Virus record (IMG/VR): IMGVR_UViG_3300050144_000109
Coordinates: 84,451-148,450 of that record
Source of the DNA: a virus
Length of the DNA: 64,000 nt
Direction: 5' to 3' (one strand)
Shown: positions 39,800 through 48,700 of the stretch, piece by piece
Layout: every line of letters begins with the position of its first letter
Numbering within the stretch: the first letter of the stretch is position 1
The notes under the pieces: generated by a model
Told to the model about the DNA's origin: nothing
Seen by the model: only the letters and a program-made list of their open reading frames with translations
Databases searched by the model: none
Program-made: the position numbers and the translations under genes

Positions 39800-42700
39800 A
39801 TGTTTGGATTTGGAAAGAAAGCCAGAGTAGAGAATGAGTCGATTGACAGTGAGTTCAATCTGGATGACGGCTTGGACATGGGGGGGTTTGATTTTGATGC
39901 TGACCCCATGAAAGACGACAGAAAGCCAGTGACGAAGGTGCTGGATGGTGCACTGACTGGTTTCAAGGCTGGGGTGTCGGATACCAGCTTTTTAAAGAAG
40001 ACCGTCAAGGACATCTTGCCTGAAGGGTATGGCAAGACGTTAGATCTGCATGACAAAGTCAATGGCAGCATTCGTGACCTATACGATGAAACCGCCAAGG
40101 AAGTCAAACCAGCGATCAAAGAGTTCAAGAAAATCAGTGCAAGACTGATTCCTTCTGACTCTAAATTCATCCCGACTCCTGTGCAAGACTTGCTGCAGAA
40201 GTGGAGAGATGAGAAAGAAGAGGAGAAGCGGGACTCTTCTTTGGATGAGAATACACAAAAAGAACAGTTCTTGTCTGTGCAGATGGCAGACATCTTTCAA
40301 GCGCAGTCAGAAGACAAGCAAAGCGAGAAGAAAGAGAAAGACGCCAAAGACAACATCCAACAAGGCATAGACTTAGAGCGTCACCGGGACTTGCTGGGCA
40401 TTGTTTCTAACATGGATCAATCCGTCTCTCGGATTGACCAGTATGGCCGCTCAGTGGGTTTGAACTACCAGAAGAAGACGTTGGAGTTGATGTACCGTCA
40501 GCTCTTTGCTTTGCAAGACTTGGTGAAGCTGGGTGAGAAGGGGTTTGGCGTGATGGCCAACGAACTCCCTGCCATCAAGAAGAACACTGCATTGCCTGAG
40601 TTTGTCAAGCAAACCAATACCGAGTTCTTGAAAGAATACAACAAGAAGAAACTGGTCGAGACGATTGGTCGTAACTTGTTTGGCACGGGTGCTGAGTATC
40701 TGGACAAAGTGCTTGGGAACTTCAATAAGAATCTGAAAGCCAAGTTCAAGGAAGGCATTGGTCAGTTCAAAGACACGCTCACCCAAGCTGGCGAGATGCA
40801 CGACAGCATGAAAGACATGGGGGACATGCCTGGCATGGACAAAGCCACCATGGGTGGCAGCATGGTTGGTGACGCTGCTGCCAAAGGCATTGGCGGCAAG
40901 GCTGCGAAGTGGGTACAGAGCAACGTACTGAACAAGAGCGAGCGCGTCAACAAGCTGGGCTCTAAGTTACTCAACGCCAGTGTGGATGCGCCACGCGCCA
41001 TCAATGAATTCAGAGAGAAGAATGCAAACAGCTATTCAGATACTCTTTGGGGAAAAGCAAAGTCTGCTGCAGCCAGTCTGATCAGTCCGTTTGAGGAGAG
41101 CAAAAGCATTGAAGGGCAAGATGCTACCAAGCTAGGAAGTCCTGGTGTATTCTCCAAGAGAACAGACAGGTCCATCAATGAAGTCATTCCTGGATTCCTG
41201 GCTAGAATCTTGAGAGAGGTTCAAGTCTTCAGAACTGGAGATGAAAGCATTGAACTGCAAGCCTTTGACCATGTGAAGAACACTTTCACAGACAAGGGCA
41301 AGCTAGAGAAAAGAATTCAAGACTCTGTGATTGATTCTGGCGCTAAAGAGAACATGCACGGGCAGCTTGATGAGATGATCAAGCATACCGAAGGGCAGGA
41401 TCTCTCTCCAGAAGCCAAGAAAGCACTGAAGAAACGCTTGACCATGACCAGCGCTTCTGGCAAGCGCATGAGTCAGGAGAACTTTGATCAAGAAGACCAC
41501 TACGAAGGTGAGGGTGCTGCAGAAGCTGCAGCACACATGAAGAAGTACTTTGAAAAGAACAAAGACAACCAGGCGCACCAAACTGCAATCAAGCGCAGGC
41601 ACGACAACCTAGGTTCTTACGTCACCAACACCATGGGACAAGTAGAGACCAACGCTGAGCTTGGCTACACTGAGGAGTTGCAAAAGGCTGGCTTCTTGGA
41701 GAAAGACGGTAGAACAATTTCCAGAGACAAGATTCTGGAACATTACTTAAACCGCGAAGAGAAGAAAAAAGAAAATGGTGAGGGTGGATCTGATCCGTCA
41801 AATGAGCCAGGCAATCCCCCTGGTCCTGTGCCGCCTGGTCCAACGCCTCCGATTCCAGGAGCTGTTCCCCCGATCAATCCACATGGTGGTCCTGGTCCAG
41901 GAGGCCCCACACCGCCTCCGAACGTTGACTCTGGCTTAGGCGGTGGAGCTCCCAACCCTGTATCGGATACTTCAGCCGCTGGTGGCGCAGATCCGACGGT
42001 TGGACCACCAAAGCCAAAGACCAAGCTCCAACGTCTGGCGGGTTCTATTTCAACAGACATCGGTAACTTGCTAGAAGGTGCTTATAACAAAGGCTCGGAT
42101 GCTGTCAAGGGAACCATCGAAGTTTTGGACAGCAAAGACCCAAAAGAAAAACTCATTGAAAAGCTAGTCCCTAAGAAGTACAGAAGACTCTACAAAGACG
42201 GTTTACTTGATCGACACATGGTCGTTCAAGAACTGAAGAACGCGGCTAAGAAAGGTGGCCGTGATCTACAAGTCAAGATTGATGAAATCAAACAGCTCAA
42301 CAAGGACGGTGCCCTCAACATTGAGAATCTGGCACTGATCGCGCAAGGTAAGTCAGTCAAATCTGATTCAACACAGCCTGCTGAGCAGAATACTGAAACA
42401 GCTTCGATTGATGCTGGTGCTGACAAACCCAAAGCCTTCGCTAAAGGTGGCGTGTTTTCCAACTCCGTGCTGAACAAGCCGACTCCGTTTAGCTTTGAGC
42501 AAGGCGGCAAACCACACGCTGCAGTCGCTGGTGAAGCTGGCCCTGAAGCGGTCATGCCACTCACTGCACAAGGTGTGCGTGCAGTCGATGAGAAAGGGAA
42601 CGTACAAGCACACTTGCCACTGACGAGAGATAAGAACGGTATCCTTTCAGTTGAGCATGCCAACTCTATCAAGGATACTGGAAAGAAAGTTCTAGACGCT

Positions 42701-45700
42701 GTGGGTGGCTTCTTCACCAACACACGCGAAGCACTCCAGGACATCATTGCGGATAAAGCACACGAGCTGAAGAGTAAGCCTGTAGAGGCCAAGTCTTCTG
42801 CTAAGCCTTCTGCGCTGCCTGCAACTCCAAAGCCAGCCATGCGCAAGGACATGTCGGACAACGACAAGCTACTGTCCAAGTTGGATGAGTTGATCGATAC
42901 AGTCAAGAGTGCTTGGTCGGGTTCCTCTGTTGGCTCTACGGTAGGCAGTGTCGCACAGTCCGCAACTGCTTTGGCTGGAAGAGCCAGGAATGCTGCAACT
43001 GAGTTCATGGGGAGTCCGAAAGCGCAAGTGATGAAGACCCGTGCAACCGAAGGCTTCTCTGTAGCACAAAAGAAAGTAGAAGAACTCAAAGCATCACCTA
43101 AGCTGACTGCGTTACAGACAGCCGCTACCAAGAAGTTAGAGCAAGCTAAGAAAGTAGTCTCACAAACGAAGCTCCCCAGCATGGAGGAGATGGGTGCGCA
43201 TGTAAGCAGTGCAAAGAAGAGCGCCACTGGCTTTGCAGAGCAGTTGAAGACGCACGCTATTCTAGGCGCTGGGAAGCTTCAACAGCATTTGGAGAATATC
43301 CAGAAGACTCCTTCTGACCCTACTACACCAGTCAGTGTATTGGACCAGCTTAAAGCACATGCAAGTTCTGGCGTTCAAGCAGTACAACAAAAGATCCAAC
43401 AGAGTCAAGGCAATCTGGATCCAAAGACCAAAGAAAAGATCAGCGGTCTGCTGTCTGGAGCTGCTTCCAAAGCCAGCGCCGTAAAGAAGCAGCTGCATGC
43501 AGCTACGACTAAAGTCAAAGAACAAACACAAGGGTTCTTAGAGCAGCAGCCTGCACTGGCTAAGCACATTGAAGCTGGTCGTGAGACGGTGGGTAAGTTG
43601 CTAGGCACTGCACAAGCAACGACTCCGCTAGAGCCGGTAGTTACTCCCCAAGCAGCTGCCAGTAATGCCACTAGCATGGGTAAGAAAGATACGCTTAAAG
43701 CGCGTTTAAATGCTGCACATGCAGATTTATCTGGCCATCTGGAAAGTGTGTTAACACCAGCACCCACATTGTCTACAAAGATGGACGATGTGAAACAAAG
43801 CAGTGGCGGCGTATTCCAGATGCTGCGCAACAAGCTGGACAAGAAGTCGACCCAAAATGTTCAAGTAACGCAAACCAATGAGAAGCCCACGCCTGAAGAA
43901 GCGAAAGAGCATTCAAAGGTCCTGCAATACGCACAGACTCTGATTACCAAGAAACAAACCACGACTGAAGAAGTCAAGACCATCCTCAACTCACTGGTAG
44001 AGAAGAAAGCACTGACGCTGGAGAACTTTAAGAAAGTGCTGAAGGGCGAAGAAGTAGTCTCTAACAAGGTTGAAGAAGTTCAGTCCGCTACTCAAGACAA
44101 GAAACTCACACTGAAAGAACAACTCAAGGCAGGTGCGCAGTCTCTGCGAGTGTTCGGTGAAGACCAACTCATTAAAACCAAGCAAGCCTATACACAACAC
44201 CGCCAAGCCTCTTTAGACAAGGCTGAAGAAAATAAGCCGCCTGCACAAAACGACAAGCTGAAGAAAACCATTGCTGCTGCACAGGCGTACGCCCCTACAC
44301 TCAAGGGTAATGTTCAAGACAAGTTGGAGTCCGGCAAGAAGAACGTTCTGGGTTTCATGAACGTAGTCGCTGAGCAAGCCAAGAAACTGGCTGAACAAGT
44401 CCATGAGAAGGGATCTAAAGCTGTCGAGACTGGGAAAGCATTTGTCAATGAGAAACTGGAGAGTCGCAAGAGCAAAGAGTCTGGAAGTGCTTTCAAAGAA
44501 CGCGATGAAATCACTGGTGATCTTGAAACCGTACTGAGGAAGAACTTACACGGGATTCAGATCACGCTGGACAAGTCAGAAGACCACTTGTCTAAGATCT
44601 TGGAAGCCATCCGCGAAGGTGGCGGTGGTGGCAATGGAAAAGCCAAGGGTTCTTGGTGGTCATTTGGTAAGAAGGGTAATGAGGAAAAGGCGAACCATGG
44701 AAGTGGTGTGTCTGGTCTGGTAGGTAGAGCTGCATCGAGCGCTACTTCTCTGGCAGGCAAAGGCCTAGGCTTGGCAGCACGCACCTTCGGCAAGACTGCC
44801 ATGATGAATGTCAGTGCGATCAAGTGGGCGGGTAAGAAACTGATGCCTGGAGGCCCTAAAGAGCCTAAAGACATTTATGTTGAAGGTGAGTCTAGACCGC
44901 GCCTGTACGCTGCAAGACTTAAAGAGGGTATGTACATTAAGAAGATCAGCAAGAAACCCCTGACCGATATCAAGGACTTGAACGAACCAATCATTGACCA
45001 AGAAGGCAATGAGCTACTGACAGAAGAAGACTTGAAGAAGGTCTACGTCAAGAGCATCGGTGGGAAAGCCAAGAAGTTATTAGGCGGCATTGGGAAAGTC
45101 GGTGGAGCCGTTGGTCGTGGTCTGGGCTCTTATGCTGGTCTGGCCAAGAAAATCATTGGCTTTGAAGTCGACATGGTGCGTGGCGGTCTGGGACTGGCTA
45201 AGAAAGCAGTGACTGGCGCTTACGGCCTCATGAATGGTCCTGCAGATGTCTACACACTAGGAATTGAAGAACCCGTCATGGTCGCTACTGTGATGAAGCA
45301 TGGCGGTTACGCTTCCAAGCTCACAGGCAAAGTCATCAAGAAGCCAACAGACATCGACGGTCCAGTCGTAGACAAAGAGGGCAACACGGTCCTGACCACG
45401 GATCAATTGAGAAAAGGTATTTTCAACGCAAAGGGAAAGAAGTTCAAAACACCTTTGGGTAAGCTACTTGGTGTGGCTGGTAAAGTCGCAGGCACTGTTT
45501 GGGGCGTACAGAAAGCAGCTTGGGGACTGACCAAGCAAATTGGTAAGAAGATGCTAGGTGGTCTGAAAGGACTGACTGGTGGGCTCTTTGATGGCTTGTC
45601 TGTAGAGATCAATGGTGCCAAAAGCGTCTCTGTACTCACTGAGATCAAAGAGATGCTCAAAACGTACTTTAGTGGAAAAGGAAAAAATGAGGATAAAAAC

Positions 45701-48700
45701 AACAAGCCAGACATTACCAAGGATGAAAAAGGTTTCAAGATAGGTTCTTGGCAAGACTTGAAGCTCAAAGCTGAGGAGCGGATGAAGGAGAAGAAAGAAA
45801 AACTAAAGAATGGATTGGCTAATTTGAAGGACGGTGCCGGTAAAGTCAAGAACAAGTTGCTGAATCCATTTGAGCTGTTCAAGGACTTGAAGGGCTTGGT
45901 CACTGGGACCTTGGGGAAGATCACTGGGCTTATTTCTGGCGTCAAGGGTCTGTTCTCGATGGGTAAAGGCGCCATTGGCATGCTGGGTAAACTGGGCAAG
46001 GTCGGAGGTTTGGCTGCAAGGCTGTTGCCAATGGCTGGTGGTTTGGCCGGTAGTGCAGTCGGCGCTTTGGGTACACTGGGCTCTGGCGCTGCTGCTGCGG
46101 CTACTGGCATTGCTGGGGCTGCCGGTACAGTGGTCAGTGCAGGCGCTGGCATGATGGGTGCAGCCGCTGGTGGTGCAGGTGCTTTGGGAGCTGGGTTGCT
46201 GAGCTTCTTAGCGTCGCCTGTGGTACTTGGTGTGGCTGCCGCTGCAGTTGTCGGCTATGGCGGCTATAAACTTTATAAACACTTCAAGAACAAACTCACC
46301 CCTTTGGACAGTGTTCGTTTTGTGCAATATGGTTTCAAGAAAGATGACAAAGACAGCTTCAAGAAGGTGTTGGAGCTAGAAGAATACTGCATGGATTTTG
46401 TTGCTTACAGCAAAGGACAAGCCAGCATCAGCGAAAAGAAAATGACCATGAAGAAACTCATGGGTCCATTTGGATTTGACTGTGAGAATAAAGAAGACTT
46501 CAAACTCTTCTTTGAATGGTACCAAAGAAGATTCAAGCCTGTGTTCTTGACGCACTGCTCTGTCATTGCACAAGTCATGGACCAGTCTAAACCAGACCTG
46601 AGCGTCATCTCGGATTTGAAGAAAGAAAAAGCAGCAGAATACTTGGAGAAGGCATCGTTCTCTGGCGGCCCTTACGATTTGAATAAGTTGCCGTTGAAGG
46701 AAGATACTTACCAAGCCAGTACCGCCAAAGACGTCGCTGACAACATTGCGGCTGTCAAGGAAGAATTAGGTCTGGATAAACTGGATAAGAAAGAAACTGG
46801 CTCTAAACTAGGCAGCATCGCTGGAGCTGCTGGTGTAGCCAGTGTGGCAGGCAAGTCCAACAAGAATGAGGAAGTAAAGCCGGGTGAGAAACCTGAGAAA
46901 TCTAAAGAAAATAAATCTGTTTTAGAATCTGTCTCCAGTGGCTTGAAAGCGATGCTGACGGGTACAGTAGGTAAAGTAGGTGCAGTAGCTACTGCTGGGA
47001 TGGTGGGCGGCCCCATGGCTGCTTTGCTGGCGACTGCGGGCATTGCCGGCTACACTCTGATCAAGTCGTTCGGTAAAACTAAACTCATGCCAGTCGACAA
47101 TGTGCGCCTGGTGCAATATGGATTTAAGAAAGACGATCAAGAGAACTTTGATAAGGTTGCCAAATTAGAAGCATACTGTAAATCGTTCCTCACCTACAGT
47201 GAAGGAAAGATGACCATCGATGAAACCAAGATGCAAATGAAGGAGCTGCTGGGTCCGTTTGGATTAGACCCCAGCAACAAAGAGGAGTTAGAGCAGTTCT
47301 TCGAATGGTACCAGAAGCGCTTCAAGGTGGTTTACTTGACCCACTGCGCCGTCATGGCGCAACTCAAGAAGACTGCCAAGCCAGATACCAAAGACATCAA
47401 TGCGTTAAAGTTGGATGAGCAGGGCGACTACTTGACTGGCGTTGCTTTGGAGGATGGTCCTTACAACATCACAACACTGCCGCTCACAGACAAGAAATAC
47501 AAAGCGTCTACTGCAAAAGACGTGAAAGAAGTCATTGCTGAAATGAAGAAGATGCTGGGCAAGTTTGCAAAGTCTAGCAAGCCCAGTCTCTTGAAAAATG
47601 CTGCAAAACCTGCGGCCATTCAAACTGAAATGGAAACAGAAGAAGTCGATCCTTCTACAGAGAAACAGGCAAGCGATGCGCCAGTCAATCTGGGCGGGTT
47701 TACACTGAAGGGCAAACAAACCCCTACAGCAGCGACTGTTTCCAGCATCAGCAAGATCAACAAGAATCTAGAGACTAAAGATGATGAAGAGTACGGTGAC
47801 GATGTTCAGATGCAAGAGCTGGTGGATTTATCCACACTCAAGCAGGACGGCAAACTCAGCGCACTCGAAGCCATCAAGTTCAAAACGTACGGTTTGAAAG
47901 AACTGGACAAATCCAGGATGAAAGCCATTGAAGTCGTGGAAGCGGTTGTGGCAAAGACGATGGTTTATAAGAGTGGTACGACAGACTGGGCTGGAAGTCC
48001 ATTGGCGACACTGGATGAAGTCAAGGGTCACTTCGGAATCACAGACAAGATTGGGGTTGATGCCAACAACTGGATCACCTGGTTCATGAAACGGTTCTTA
48101 CCCGTTTACTTGAAGTACGTGAGTCTGTGGTGTGCTTACTCGGGTCAGAAGACCTACACTGGGAACTTGGGGATGATCAAGGTTTCTCAGCAACAAGACA
48201 TGGCCAAGCAAATTGCTGCGATGTCCGTTTGGAGCGAGAACAAGACGCCATTCCCGAACTATATTCTCAACACTGATTCTGACAGCGTCAAAGAGAATTT
48301 AGAGTTCTTAGAGAAAACTGTCAAGCAAGAAAAAGCACTGGAAGAGAAGGTAACAGTTGCCAAACAGCAGCAGCCGATCAGCCCCAATGACGACAAGGAA
48401 AAGCAGGCTAAAGAAGCTGCTACCAAAAACAACGATGAAAACAAAACACTGTTTGGGAAAACGCTTAATCAAGACGCTACACAAACTGGGCAATCTGCCA
48501 ACAAACCAGAAGAAGAAAAACCAACTGCTTCTACCTCTAGTTCTACGGGCCAGGCTGCTGGAGGAGGAGGTGGAGGGGGTGCTAGCCCTACTGGATTGAA
48601 ACTTGCGGAAGGCGCTCCACTGGACGGCTCCAACGGTTTTCAATTCATCAACAAACAAGACAATGGTGTCAAGACAGACGGCGTTAACCCCGCATTCTTG

